Below are positions 8,755-18,432 of a DNA stretch of 50,245 bases, in pieces; positions within the stretch are counted from its first letter, which is position 1; each line of letters opens with the position of its first letter. The notes below the pieces were generated by a model. The model searched no databases and was not told the DNA's origin. It worked only from the letters and a program-made list of their open reading frames with translations. Made by a program: the position numbers and the translations under genes. Origin of the DNA: a virus (taxonomy: Duplodnaviria > Caudoviricetes); IMG/VR virus record IMGVR_UViG_3300010226_000008, positions 1-50,245 of that record; one strand, given 5' to 3'.

Positions 8755-9756
8755 TCAGGCGGCGGCGCTCATCTTGTCGAAGACCATCGGGATCAATCCC
8801 GCGTTGGCCGGCACGGCGAGTTGGCCGGCGGACTCGATACCGAATTCCTTCGCGAACACGAGCATGTCGGCCATCGTCTTATTCTGCGCCGTGACCCATT
8901 TGCAGAGATCCGCGAAGGTCGTCGGCGCAGCGGCGGGCGCTTGCGGTACGGGGGCCGGTGCTGCCGGTGCTGCCGGTGCTGCCGGTGCTGCGGTCAGCGG
9001 GGTGAACGGTTGTGCGGCTGCGACGGGTTGTTGCTGGCGCAGTTCGGCCACGGTCTGATTGAAGAACACTTCGCCGACGCCCTTTTTCTTCTTCCACGAG
9101 CCATCCGCGTTTTGCGTGCGCGAACCGGAGTGGATGCGGGCGTCCCACGGCAGGCCGGTCTTATCCGTGGCCGGGGGCGTCGCACCGCCAGTTTGCGCCG
9201 GCACATCCGTACTTGCAGGCGCGGCTTGCGGAGCAGCCGGAATAGATGCGGGCGGCGGGGCGGAAATGGCCGGGGACGTACCAGACGCACCGGCCGGCGG
9301 GACGTTTGGGGAATTATCCAGAACCGGATATTCGACGGTCATGTAACCTTCCTGGACGAGTGCATCGTCGGTCCAGTTCGATGCGTGGTACTGCTCACGG
9401 GTGAAGCCGTCAGCTTTCGCGGTCATCGTGTAGACGGGGTCCGCTTTCACCTGGGCAGGCGGGGCGATTGCGGTCGCGATATCGGCAGGGGTGAAGATGG
9501 CGGCAGCTTCGGCCGGCATCGTCGCATGCACGGCTTCGGCCAAAGTCTTCGCGGCACCCCCGAACACATGCGCGGCGCTGTTGGTCGTCACGATCGGCGT
9601 GTCCTTGCCGACGTCCGGCGCGTCATTGCCGATGCTGGCGAGGTACTGCGCGCCGGTCATTTCCAGACGGTCGGCGGATGCTTCGTCCATGTCGGCCAGT
9701 TGATGGAACGCGTTGGCCAGCACGCGGAAGACCGTACGAATTTGTTTGGAGTACAT
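8755..9756 (-). CDS. Pro/Ala-rich modular hypothetical protein
   Basis: RBS AAGGA before ATG 9756; contains a DKTGLPWDARIH...DGSWKKKKGV domain and a module shared with the SSB. Confidence 0.7.
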   Translation of the reverse strand: MYSKQIRTVFRVLANAFHQLADMDEASADRLEMTGAQYLASIGNDAPDVGKDTPIVTTNSAAHVFGGAAKTLAEAVHATMPAEAAAIFTPADIATAIAPPAQVKADPVYTMTAKADGFTREQYHASNWTDDALVQEGYMTVEYPVLDNSPNVPPAGASGTSPAISAPPPASIPAAPQAAPASTDVPAQTGGATPPATDKTGLPWDARIHSGSRTQNADGSWKKKKGVGEVFFNQTVAELRQQQPVAAAQPFTPLTAAPAAPAAPAAPAPVPQAPAAAPTTFADLCKWVTAQNKTMADMLVFAKEFGIESAGQLAVPANAGLIPMVFDKMSAAA

Positions 9757-9792
9757 TTGATTTAATCCTTCGTTTTGGGTTGCGGAGATTGA

Positions 9793-9822
9793 ACAATAGC
9801 GGCATACTAACTGGACTGTCAA
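9793..9822 (-). promoter_or_regulatory. sigma70-type promoter with AGTTAGT spacer motif (copy 2)
   Basis: Minus strand TTGACA-gtccagttagtatgccgc(18)-TATTGT, in the divergent intergenic gap. Confidence 0.75.
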
Positions 9823-9839
9823 CAAGAATTTTTCCACCG

Positions 9840-11561
9840 ATGAACATTAACGTTAAGCACGCACTTTCCGGCGCAGCGCTCGCCGTATCGACAGCATTCG
9901 GTCAACCCATCGTTGAACTTAGACCGTATCAGCAACAGTTGAAGGTCGAAATCAACAACGAATGGTTGAAGGGCGCGCGCTATGTGCTCGCCGTGTCCGC
10001 CACGGGTTCCGGTAAGACGGTCCTGTTCGCGTCGGTCATCAAGGACGAATCCGGTCCTGTATGCGCCGTCGCGCACCGGCACGAACTTGTTGCGCAAATG
10101 TCGATGGCGTTGGCGCGCAATGGTATCAGACATCGTGTAATCGGTTCGGATGCGCTGGCGCGCGAGTGCGTCGCATCGCACATCGACGAACTGGGAATCA
10201 GCTACATCGACCCGAACAGCCGGGTTGCCGTGGCCAGCGTTGACACGTTGATCCTGCGCGACGACCCCGAGTTCAACGCATGGCGCATGAGCGTCAAATT
10301 GTGGGTCATCGACGAAGCGCACCATATCCTGAAGCACAATAAGTGGGGCAAGGCGGTCAACCTGTTCCCCAATGCACGCGGCCTGGGCGTCACGGCCGAG
10401 ACTGAACGCGCCGACGGTAACGGCCTGGGCGAGCAGAACGACGGCGTGTTTCACGCGATCGTCATTGCGCCCACAATGCGCGACATCATCAGCATGGGGT
10501 TCCTGACGGACTACCGCGTGTTCGCGCCACCGTCCGACCTGAACTTGAAAGACATCCCGCTCGGCGCGGACGGCGACTTCAGCCCCAAGAAACTCGCGAA
10601 GGCGACGAAGGCGTCCCATATCACGGGGGACGTGGTCAAGCACTATCTCAAGCTGGCGAAAGGCAAACTTGGCATCACGTTCGCCGTCGACATTGAAGCT
10701 GCCGAAGAGATCGCCGCAGGGTATCGCGCGGCCGGTGTGCCCGCCGAGATCGTGACCGGCAAGACGAACGCCGCCGTCCGCCGCGACATCCTGAAGCGCT
10801 TCAAGCGCCGCGAGATCCTTCAACTGGTCAACGTCGACCTGTTCGGCGAAGGGTTCGACCTTCCCGCAATCGAAGTCGTATCGATGGCGCGCGCGACGAA
10901 CTCGTTCAACCTGTTCAAACAGCAAGCCGGCCGCGCGCTGCGCCTCATGCCTGGGAAGGACTGGGCGATCATCATCGACCACGTCGGCAACTTCCTGCGC
11001 CACGGTCCCCCGGATCAACCTCGCGACTTCACGCTCGGCCGCCCCGTGCCGAAATCTAAGCGCGAACCGGACGAGAACGTTATCCCAATGCGCGTGTGCG
11101 CCGAATGCACGGTCCCGTATGAGCGCATCTATGCCGCGTGCCCGGCATGCGCTCATGCACCGGTCCCGCCTCAGCGCAACGCACCGGAATTCGTCGACGG
11201 CGACCTCGTCGAACTGACGCAGGACGTATTGCGCAAGATGCGCGGCGAAGCTGCCGCAGCGGTCAACACGGGGTTCGTCCCGACGCCGCTGAATCTTGTC
11301 GGCACGCCTGCCGAATACGCGATCAAGACGAAACACTTCAAGCGCGCCGCCGCGCAAGGCCCGCTACGCGACGCCCTGGCGCTTTGGGCTGGCTGGCAAA
11401 AGAATTTGAAGGGCCGCACCGACAGCCAGATTTACCGCCTGTTCTTCCTCACATACGGTATGGACATGCTCACCGCTCAAACCCTGGGGGCGGCAGACGC
11501 CGATGCTCTACGCATGAAGCTGCAGGCGAAGCTAGACGCGAATGGAATCGTGCCCGGTTGA
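9840..11561 (+). CDS. Superfamily 2 DEAH-box helicase with C-terminal Zn finger
   Basis: LRPYQ, SATGSGKT, DEAHH, EGFDLP, QQAGRALR, IIDHVGN, CxxC...CxxC. Confidence 0.92.
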   Translation: MNINVKHALSGAALAVSTAFGQPIVELRPYQQQLKVEINNEWLKGARYVLAVSATGSGKTVLFASVIKDESGPVCAVAHRHELVAQMSMALARNGIRHRVIGSDALARECVASHIDELGISYIDPNSRVAVASVDTLILRDDPEFNAWRMSVKLWVIDEAHHILKHNKWGKAVNLFPNARGLGVTAETERADGNGLGEQNDGVFHAIVIAPTMRDIISMGFLTDYRVFAPPSDLNLKDIPLGADGDFSPKKLAKATKASHITGDVVKHYLKLAKGKLGITFAVDIEAAEEIAAGYRAAGVPAEIVTGKTNAAVRRDILKRFKRREILQLVNVDLFGEGFDLPAIEVVSMARATNSFNLFKQQAGRALRLMPGKDWAIIIDHVGNFLRHGPPDQPRDFTLGRPVPKSKREPDENVIPMRVCAECTVPYERIYAACPACAHAPVPPQRNAPEFVDGDLVELTQDVLRKMRGEAAAAVNTGFVPTPLNLVGTPAEYAIKTKHFKRAAAQGPLRDALALWAGWQKNLKGRTDSQIYRLFFLTYGMDMLTAQTLGAADADALRMKLQAKLDANGIVPG

Positions 11562-11570
11562 TATTTGCTG

Positions 11571-11599
11571 TTGACAATTCAGTTAGTAGCATTTATTCT
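11571..11599 (+). promoter_or_regulatory. sigma70-type promoter with AGTTAGT spacer motif (copy 3)
   Basis: TTGACA-attcagttagtagcatt(17)-TATTCT. Confidence 0.8.
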
Positions 11600-11629
11600 G
11601 GCTCCATAAACCAACACGGAGCCTAGAAA

Positions 11630-12268
11630 ATGCATCTGACGCTTGACACCTGCACGACTGCACTGAACGCCGCCGCGATCAATCACAAAGCGGCGATTCA
11701 GCTTGAATTGGCCGTAGGTCTGGCCGTCTTCCACATGTACAAGGGCACGAACAAGGACGCGCGCAAGATGCTCGTGCAGGCGTATGCGCTCGCCGGCTGG
11801 CAGTGCCAGAAGTTCGCGGACCCCGACTACAAGACGGTGAACCGACGCATCAACGCGACGGCGTCCCTGTACGAGAAAGTCCCCGTGGCGAAGTGGGTCG
11901 GCCATCTGCAAGAAATGGACATCATTCAGGCAATCTGCGAAGGTCTGGAACCGTACCAGCTTTACACGGTTCAGGACGTTTTACGATACGCTGCGCCCCA
12001 CCGCGTGAGGGATCAGAAATTGGCTGTCGCCCCTGCGCACGACGTCCTGTCCGGCCCGGCCATCAGCAATCACACGGGGCAAGAGCGCATCTTGCAGCAG
12101 TTCCGACGGGCGTCCGACCTCGCCGCAGAGGGTGCGCAGACCGTCGCCACGGAGCATATTTCGGTCGTCATTCCGAAGGATGCGTCGCGCGAAGAGATGG
12201 TCGCGCTCGCCTATCAACTGCTGGCGTTGGCACAAAAAGACAGTGCGAAAGAGTTGTTGACAGTCTAG
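11630..12268 (+). CDS. Hypothetical protein
   Basis: 212-aa ORF with GGAG RBS, downstream of a promoter. Confidence 0.75.
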   Translation: MHLTLDTCTTALNAAAINHKAAIQLELAVGLAVFHMYKGTNKDARKMLVQAYALAGWQCQKFADPDYKTVNRRINATASLYEKVPVAKWVGHLQEMDIIQAICEGLEPYQLYTVQDVLRYAAPHRVRDQKLAVAPAHDVLSGPAISNHTGQERILQQFRRASDLAAEGAQTVATEHISVVIPKDASREEMVALAYQLLALAQKDSAKELLTV

Positions 12269-12285
12269 TTAGTAAGACATATCCT
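12257..12285 (+). promoter_or_regulatory. sigma70-type promoter with AGTTAGT spacer motif (copy 4)
   Basis: TTGACA-gtctagttagtaagaca(17)-TATCCT; overlaps the upstream stop. Confidence 0.75.
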
Positions 12286-12320
12286 ACGTGGACCGAACTT
12301 TTCCAGTGGGATATTAAAAA

Positions 12321-12647
12321 ATGTCAACAACTCTGATTGAGGCACGGACAGCGGTGCTTAAGCTGTCCGGCCAGTTCCCCGCCCCTTCCACCTACGCCGA
12401 CCAACTGTCGATCATTTCCGACTACTTCGATCATCAAGTCCCCTTGAGCGTCGAGAACAAAAACCTGATGCAGCGCATCGCGGTTCTTGAAGCGATGATC
12501 GAACAGGCCCGCAAAGTTCTCCCCGACGACGTCGTGGTCCCCGCACCCAAAGCAAAGACCGGTTCGCGCCAAGGCATCGACTGCACGTCGTGGATGGGCT
12601 GCGGCAAATGCACGTGCCCGGCGTGCATGGTGGCCGAGCATGCATAG
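12321..12647 (+). CDS. Hypothetical protein with C-terminal Cys cluster
   Basis: CTSWMGCGKCTCPAC; overlaps the next gene. Confidence 0.65.
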   Translation: MSTTLIEARTAVLKLSGQFPAPSTYADQLSIISDYFDHQVPLSVENKNLMQRIAVLEAMIEQARKVLPDDVVVPAPKAKTGSRQGIDCTSWMGCGKCTCPACMVAEHA

Positions 12648-13119
12648 CCTCGTTCATCAATGGGCGACCGACTGGGGCATCGCCCCGCATGCGGCGGTTG
12701 ATCTGCTGGCGCGCCTGGGTGTTGGATATGAGCCCGCCAAGCTCATGGAGTTGGAAGGATGGTCCGAAGCCGCGATCCAATCCCGTGTCCGCCTGGAAGC
12801 CGCTAAAAACGACATGCTGCTCTGGCGGAACAACGTCGGCGCGCTGCAGGACGAAACCGGCCGCGTGGTCCGCTATGGTCTGTGCAACGACACGGCGGCG
12901 CTGAACAAGCGCGTGAAGTCGTCGGACCTCATCGGCATCAAAAAAACGTGGATCACGCAAGAGATGGTCGGGACGTATCTCGGCCAGTTCGCCGCGCGCG
13001 AGGTCAAGGAATTCGGGTGGGTGTACACGGGTGACGCCCACGAGGAAGCGCAAGCGAAATTCGGACAGATCGTTACCGCATGGGGCGGTGACTTCAAATT
13101 TACGACAGGGGAAATTTAA
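12640..13119 (+). CDS. VRR-NUC-like PD-(D/E)xK nuclease (possible Holliday junction resolvase)
   Basis: SEAAIQ, LWRNNVG, SSDLIG, REVK and Q..F...V...GG motifs. Confidence 0.8.
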   Translation: MHSLVHQWATDWGIAPHAAVDLLARLGVGYEPAKLMELEGWSEAAIQSRVRLEAAKNDMLLWRNNVGALQDETGRVVRYGLCNDTAALNKRVKSSDLIGIKKTWITQEMVGTYLGQFAAREVKEFGWVYTGDAHEEAQAKFGQIVTAWGGDFKFTTGEI

Positions 13120-13712
13120 TGAATTGGGATTGCGTTCCGAAAATCGATTTTATGTTCGAAGACCATCAGCAGATCCCGGAAACGTTGCTCGGGCTGGAAA
13201 TCGGCCAGACGTGGCGTATGCGTGCCGGAGATCTCGTGACGATCAAAAGCTATTGCAAGAGCGACGGTCGTTTCGGCCTTGTGTTCGCGGACGACAGTTC
13301 AGTCCCGTTCCGCAGCAGCGTTGACGGGTGCGGTCGCAGCAAGTTGACCACGTGCCGCGACTTCGACCTCGTCGAGCGCGTGACCCGCGTGTACATCGCC
13401 GGTCCTATGTCCGGGCACGAAGACCTGAACTTCCCGGCGTTCCACGCTGCAGCGGCCGAGTACCGCACGCGGGGCGCCTTCGTGATCAATCCTGCCGAGA
13501 TCAATAGCGCCGAGGTTCAGACCGCCATGTCGGGCACGTTGACCGCCGAGCAGTATCACGCGCACTGGGCCCGCTGCATGAAGAAGGGCATCAACGCCCT
13601 GATGACGTGCGACGGTATCGTCATGTTGCCCGGCTGGCAGAAGTCGCGCGGCGCAAAGCTGGAACGCCATATTGCCCGCAACCTGGGCCTGACCATCACC
13701 TATAAGGACTGA
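13119..13712 (+). CDS. DUF4406 domain protein with N-terminal extension
   Basis: VYIAGPMSG...NFPAF...INPAE...CDGIVMLPGWQKSRGAKLE. Confidence 0.85.
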   Translation: MNWDCVPKIDFMFEDHQQIPETLLGLEIGQTWRMRAGDLVTIKSYCKSDGRFGLVFADDSSVPFRSSVDGCGRSKLTTCRDFDLVERVTRVYIAGPMSGHEDLNFPAFHAAAAEYRTRGAFVINPAEINSAEVQTAMSGTLTAEQYHAHWARCMKKGINALMTCDGIVMLPGWQKSRGAKLERHIARNLGLTITYKD

Positions 13713-13713
13713 C

Positions 13714-14934
13714 ATGTACCCATCGATCAAAGCAGCAGCAGAAGATAAAGCTAACGAAGCCGTCAGCAAGTCGACCCCGTCGTTCCTGATCGACCCGCGC
13801 GTCGTCAAGGTGATTCCCGGCTTTAACTGCCGCCCTATCGACCCCGAACATGTTGCGTACCTCAAGGGGCTGAAAAAGGCCGGCGTCGACACGGGTGAGT
13901 ACACCGTCCAGATGATCGACGGGGAAATCTATCTGCGCGACGGCCATCACCGGCGCGCGGCCGACATGGAACTCATCGCGGAAGGCGTGGACATCCTGCG
14001 CGTCAAGGCGAAAGAGTTCAAGGGCGACGAGAAGGCCGCGATCTTCTATATGCTCGGCACGCAGTCGGGCAAGGGATACACGCCGCTCCAGGTCGGCGAA
14101 CAGTATGTCAAGCTCGTGAACCTCTTCGGCATGTCCTACGACGAGATCGCCGAGCAACGTGGCATGAGCGCGCAGCACGTCAAAGATGCTATCCGCCTGA
14201 CCGAGCAGCCCGTCGAACTGCAAGCCGTGATCAAAGACGGCACCATCACATCGTCGACGGCCCTGAAGTTGATCAAGAAGGTCGGCGCGGCCGAAGCCGT
14301 CAAGACGATCAAACAGGCCGCATCGCTGCCCGGCGTGCGTGTCGGCAAGCCGGTAACGCAAAAGGTTCTCGACAGCCTGGGGGAAAGCTATATTAAGGAA
14401 TCGAACAAGAACAAGTCGGAATGCTCGCTCCACCTGTCCGCGATGCTCGATTCTCCCGCGTTCGATCCGGCGACGAAAGCGACGATCCGCCGCGTGCTGG
14501 ATCTCGTCGACGGCAAGACGCAAGCCATCTCGCGCGACAGGGCGGCGGATAAGGCGGCCGTCGAATCGTTCCTTGAATCCGAGAAGGAAAACAAAAACAA
14601 CGGCGTCAGCGTGGCCGCGCATCTGCTGTCGGACGTGCTGCACAAGCGCCCCGTGCCTGCCGACGGAAGCCCCGGCGCGCGCGCATACGGTCATCACGTG
14701 TGGTTGCAAGACATGGCCGCCAGCAGCACGAAGCCGAACTTCCGCGCCGCCGCGCACTGGTTCCTTGCCGTGCTTAACGCCGATCGCGCCGGGGCCGAGG
14801 TTGCGCCCGCACCGTCCGTGCTGCCCCTGGAGGACGCCATGCGTGCCGAGATGGAAAGCGGCGGTAATGCGCTGGCCGAAACCCTGTGCCCGGAACACGC
14901 TGCGTTGATTGGCTATTTCAGGGGTCGGGCGTGA
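13714..14934 (+). CDS. ParB-like N-terminal domain + HTH protein with C-terminal extension
   Basis: PGFNCR, LRDGHHRR, and HTH-like GMSYDEIAEQRGMSAQHV. Confidence 0.75.
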   Translation: MYPSIKAAAEDKANEAVSKSTPSFLIDPRVVKVIPGFNCRPIDPEHVAYLKGLKKAGVDTGEYTVQMIDGEIYLRDGHHRRAADMELIAEGVDILRVKAKEFKGDEKAAIFYMLGTQSGKGYTPLQVGEQYVKLVNLFGMSYDEIAEQRGMSAQHVKDAIRLTEQPVELQAVIKDGTITSSTALKLIKKVGAAEAVKTIKQAASLPGVRVGKPVTQKVLDSLGESYIKESNKNKSECSLHLSAMLDSPAFDPATKATIRRVLDLVDGKTQAISRDRAADKAAVESFLESEKENKNNGVSVAAHLLSDVLHKRPVPADGSPGARAYGHHVWLQDMAASSTKPNFRAAAHWFLAVLNADRAGAEVAPAPSVLPLEDAMRAEMESGGNALAETLCPEHAALIGYFRGRA

Positions 14935-15365
14935 AATGCGAATGCGGCGGCGATACGCTCACCAAGGACACGCGCAAGATTGAACAGGGCATTTGGCGGC
15001 GTCGCTACTGCCCGGCGTGCAAAACTCAATTTACGACGCTTGAACATCGATGCGAAACGGTCGCCGCGCCGTACACGTCGAAGAAGGGCGCTCACGAAAA
15101 GAAGGGGGCCGTTATCGCCCCTGCGGTGCCGAAGGTAAGCACGCCGCGTGCGCGCAATCCCGCCAAACCCAAGCCGACGCCGGCCGAGAACGCGACCTTT
15201 ACACCCAAGGTGCGGCGCGGACCACTGCCGATTACAATCCCACCTCGCACCGACAAGACGTATCCTCAACCGAAGGTTGTCGACCGCCTGACGCCCACCG
15301 CACGTGATCGCATCGAAGACATGAAGTTCGAACGCGAACAGCGCGACCACGGGTGGGATAAATGA
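14931..15365 (+). CDS. NrdR-like N-terminal zinc-ribbon protein
   Basis: GTG start: KCECGG.T...DTR.....WRRRYCPACKTQFTTLE, then a basic Pro-rich tail. Confidence 0.7.
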   Translation: MKCECGGDTLTKDTRKIEQGIWRRRYCPACKTQFTTLEHRCETVAAPYTSKKGAHEKKGAVIAPAVPKVSTPRARNPAKPKPTPAENATFTPKVRRGPLPITIPPRTDKTYPQPKVVDRLTPTARDRIEDMKFEREQRDHGWDK

Positions 15366-15382
15366 GCATCGCGGCGTGCTAG

Positions 15383-15400
15383 ACTAACCGAATAGTTACT
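15383..15400. promoter_or_regulatory. Putative operator upstream of the TetR-like gene
   Basis: ACTAACC-gaat-AGTTACT imperfect palindrome just before the RBS; same core as the four promoters. Confidence 0.55.
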
Positions 15401-15415
15401 AAAGGAAATACCCAA

Positions 15416-15718
15416 ATGGCACGTATGACCCCGGCCGACCGCAAGGCGGCAATCCTCGACGCGGCCGTCGCCGCCGCCAAGAAACACGGTTTCGCTCGAC
15501 TGCGCCTCGTGCACATCGCCGAGCAGGCCGAGTGCAGCAACGCCCTCGTCGTGTCCCACTACGGCACGATGGCGCAGATGCGCCGCGCCGTGATGCGCGC
15601 GGCCGTCAAGCAAGAGATCCTTCCCATCATCGCCGAGGGGATCGCCACGCGCGACCCGGTGGCGTGCAAGGCACCCGCCGATCTGCAGCACAAAGCCCTT
15701 GCCACGCTGGCGGGGTGA
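15416..15718 (+). CDS. TetR-like HTH transcriptional regulator
   Basis: RKAAILDAAV..AKKHGF..LRLVHIAEQAECSNALVVSHYGT; AAGGA RBS. Confidence 0.8.
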   Translation: MARMTPADRKAAILDAAVAAAKKHGFARLRLVHIAEQAECSNALVVSHYGTMAQMRRAVMRAAVKQEILPIIAEGIATRDPVACKAPADLQHKALATLAG

Positions 15719-15721
15719 CGC

Positions 15722-18199
15722 ATGTACATCCTTCCGGGGGCGCTCGCACCCCTTGGACAATACCGACAATTCATTCTTGTAAGGCTCAAGCCTGCGACGG
15801 ATGAACGCGGCAATTTGATCCCTGGGAAGCTCGCCAAATATCCAGCGTGGCCGCACGACACGCCAACGACGCACACGCGGGGCGACGGCACCGTCGTACA
15901 TGTCGGCAAATGGGGCATGGTCAGCGCGCACCGGCCCGACGCATGGCTCGACTGGCAGACTGCCGCGACGCTTGCCGCGTCCGGCCCGGTCGGCGGCGAT
16001 ACTGCCGCGTGGACGATCGGCTTCGTCATCACCGAGAACGACCCGTTCGGCGTGTACGACCTTGACGAATGCTCCACGCTCGCGGGCACGTGGAACGACA
16101 ACGCGCAAGAGATCATGCGCCGCATGCCTGCGGCAATCGAACTATCCCTCTCTGGCCGTGGTCTTCACGGGTGGTTCACGTACCAGGGCAAGGCACCGCC
16201 GCACGGCAAGAAAAACGGACTTCTCAATATTGAGATGTACACCGAGGCTCGTTTTATCGCGCTCGGGTCGGCCGCCAACGGCCAGATGCACGACCTTACG
16301 GCGTACCTGCCGCAGTTCATCGCCGATTACTTCCCGCCGTCGGAGAAGGAAGAAGGCGGCGCGGGCTGGACGACCGAACATGACCCCGAGCACACGGCGC
16401 TGTCCGACGAGGATCTGCTACGTATGGCGATGGCCAGCCAACGCAGGCAGGAAGCTAGCGCAGTGTTCGGCGACGGCCACTTCGCACCCAATTTCGCGGA
16501 TCTGTGGAATCGCAACGTCCCCGTGCTGTCGCGCGCCTATCCGCCGAAGTCGCCGGGCAAGGACTTCGACTACAGTAGCGCCGACATGGCACTCGCGAAG
16601 GAACTCGCGTATTGGACCGGCAAGAACTGCGAGCGTGTCGCGCGCCTGATGATGCTGTCCGGCTTGGTCCGCGACAAGTGGTCCGCATCAGTTCACAAGT
16701 CGTACTTCCGCGATACCGTGTCGACGGGCGTTGCGTTCTGCTCGGCCGTCTACAAGGCGAAGTCTGTCATCCCGCCCCCACCGCCGACCGGCGGCAAGCT
16801 GGAACCTGTGGCGATCACGCACGGGACGTTCATCGGCCGCGAAAACCTCGCCGCGATCTTCAAGGACTGCGTGTACGTGCAGGACGACAATGAGGTATTG
16901 CTTCCAAACGGCGACATGGTCGATCAATCCCGGTTCAACGCGAAGTACGCCGGGTACACGTTCATCATGGACAACGAGGGTCAGAAGACGACCAAATCGG
17001 CATGGGAAGCGTTCCTTGGCAATCAATTGATCATGTTCCCGCGCGTGGAAGGGACCGAGTTTAATCCACGCCTGGACTTTCAATACGTCGTCGAGCGTGC
17101 CGGCCGCCGATGGGTCAATATGTACAAAGCGCCCGTCGTCGATCGCAGGCCGGGCGACGTGCAGCCGTTCATGGACTTGTTGCGCAAGCTGCTGCCGAAC
17201 GGCGACGACGCGCAGATCCTGCTGTCCTACATGGCCGCCGTCGTGCAGTACCCCGGCGTTAAATTCCGATGGGCACCGTTCATTCAGGGCACGCAGGGCA
17301 ACGGCAAATCGACGCTCGTCGAATGCCTACGCCACGCCCTGGGGCACAAGTACGTCTTCACCATCAAGACGGGCATGATTGAGAACGGCTTCAACGCGTG
17401 GCTTGAGCGAAACTTGCTTTACGTGGCCGACGACATCTACAGCGCGAAGGATCGCACCGACATGATGGAAGCGCTCAAGAGCCTGATCACGGAGCGTGAC
17501 CACGCGATTACGCTCAAGGGTATCGACTCGATTCAAAAACGAATTTGCGGAAATTTCATCTTCACGGACAACCACAAGGACGCCATGAAGAAACAGGACG
17601 ATACGCGCCGTATCTGCACCCTGTATTGCGCGCAGCAGTCCAAATACGATCGCCAGCGCGACGGCCTGACGAAAGAGTATTTCGGCGGCGTGCTGTATCC
17701 GTGGCTGGAGCAGGGCGGTTACGCGGCCGTTGCGGACCTTCTCGCGACGATGCCGATCGATGCGCGGTACAACCCTGCAGGCGAGTGCCAAGAAGCGCCA
17801 GAGACGAGCGTTACGCGCGAAGCCGTGATCGATGGTCGCGACGCCCTGGAGCACGAGATCAACGAATGGATCATCCTGCGCGAACCGGGCTTTGCTGGCG
17901 ACTTCGTGTCGCACCATATGCTGAAGGCGCGCATGCAACAGAATCCGCAGTTCGCCAAGATGTCGAGCCCGCTCAAGATCAAAGAGAAAATGCTGCGCCT
18001 GGGCTACGAGTTGCACCGCGCATTGCCCGAGGGTCGCACGCCGATCTACGTCATGCCCGACAACACGATGGCCATCCTCTACGTCAAGCGCGACAGCGCG
18101 GCGGCCGAGATGAAAGACCCGCACGCGGTTGCGGCGTTGTACCAGCAGTTGCAGATGGAAGCACAGACCGACCAAACCCAACGGAGGTTCGCAGCATGA
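15722..18199 (+). CDS. Primase-polymerase (NrS-1-like) fused to a D5/SF3-type helicase
   Basis: DLD, ELSLSGRGLH, IEMY...RF, DYSSADMAL...YWTG...SGLVRDKW; Walker A GTQGNGKST. Confidence 0.88.
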   Translation: MYILPGALAPLGQYRQFILVRLKPATDERGNLIPGKLAKYPAWPHDTPTTHTRGDGTVVHVGKWGMVSAHRPDAWLDWQTAATLAASGPVGGDTAAWTIGFVITENDPFGVYDLDECSTLAGTWNDNAQEIMRRMPAAIELSLSGRGLHGWFTYQGKAPPHGKKNGLLNIEMYTEARFIALGSAANGQMHDLTAYLPQFIADYFPPSEKEEGGAGWTTEHDPEHTALSDEDLLRMAMASQRRQEASAVFGDGHFAPNFADLWNRNVPVLSRAYPPKSPGKDFDYSSADMALAKELAYWTGKNCERVARLMMLSGLVRDKWSASVHKSYFRDTVSTGVAFCSAVYKAKSVIPPPPPTGGKLEPVAITHGTFIGRENLAAIFKDCVYVQDDNEVLLPNGDMVDQSRFNAKYAGYTFIMDNEGQKTTKSAWEAFLGNQLIMFPRVEGTEFNPRLDFQYVVERAGRRWVNMYKAPVVDRRPGDVQPFMDLLRKLLPNGDDAQILLSYMAAVVQYPGVKFRWAPFIQGTQGNGKSTLVECLRHALGHKYVFTIKTGMIENGFNAWLERNLLYVADDIYSAKDRTDMMEALKSLITERDHAITLKGIDSIQKRICGNFIFTDNHKDAMKKQDDTRRICTLYCAQQSKYDRQRDGLTKEYFGGVLYPWLEQGGYAAVADLLATMPIDARYNPAGECQEAPETSVTREAVIDGRDALEHEINEWIILREPGFAGDFVSHHMLKARMQQNPQFAKMSSPLKIKEKMLRLGYELHRALPEGRTPIYVMPDNTMAILYVKRDSAAAEMKDPHAVAALYQQLQMEAQTDQTQRRFAA

Positions 18200-18432
18200 G
18201 CAGCAGAAAGCGACGCAAGGCCCGACGTATTAGGCTCGCTACGCGGGCGCATGGGGCGTTTTTCCGCGATCCTGGGCACTTGGCCCTTGCCGTCGCTTTC
18301 TATGCCCGCCACGGGGCTGTATCGCGGCGCTATGGCGACACGCTCGTCAAACGGTTCTACCTGCGCAACGTCGCGCGCTGGGCGGCCCTTTACCTGGAAC
18401 GCGACGGCATCATTTACCGGAGGTTGATGTGA
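18196..18432 (+). CDS. Hypothetical basic protein
   Basis: GGAGG RBS, ATGA overlap; MSSRKRRKARR... Confidence 0.6.
   Translation: MSSRKRRKARRIRLATRAHGAFFRDPGHLALAVAFYARHGAVSRRYGDTLVKRFYLRNVARWAALYLERDGIIYRRLM

Noticed and set aside
9678-9839. Longer upstream starts from the ORF track (helicase 9678, 9837, endolysin 2144, HNH-2 41638, hub 45093)
   Set aside because: They overlap promoters, RNA structures or neighbouring genes; downstream starts fit RBS, stop-start coupling or gene spacing better.
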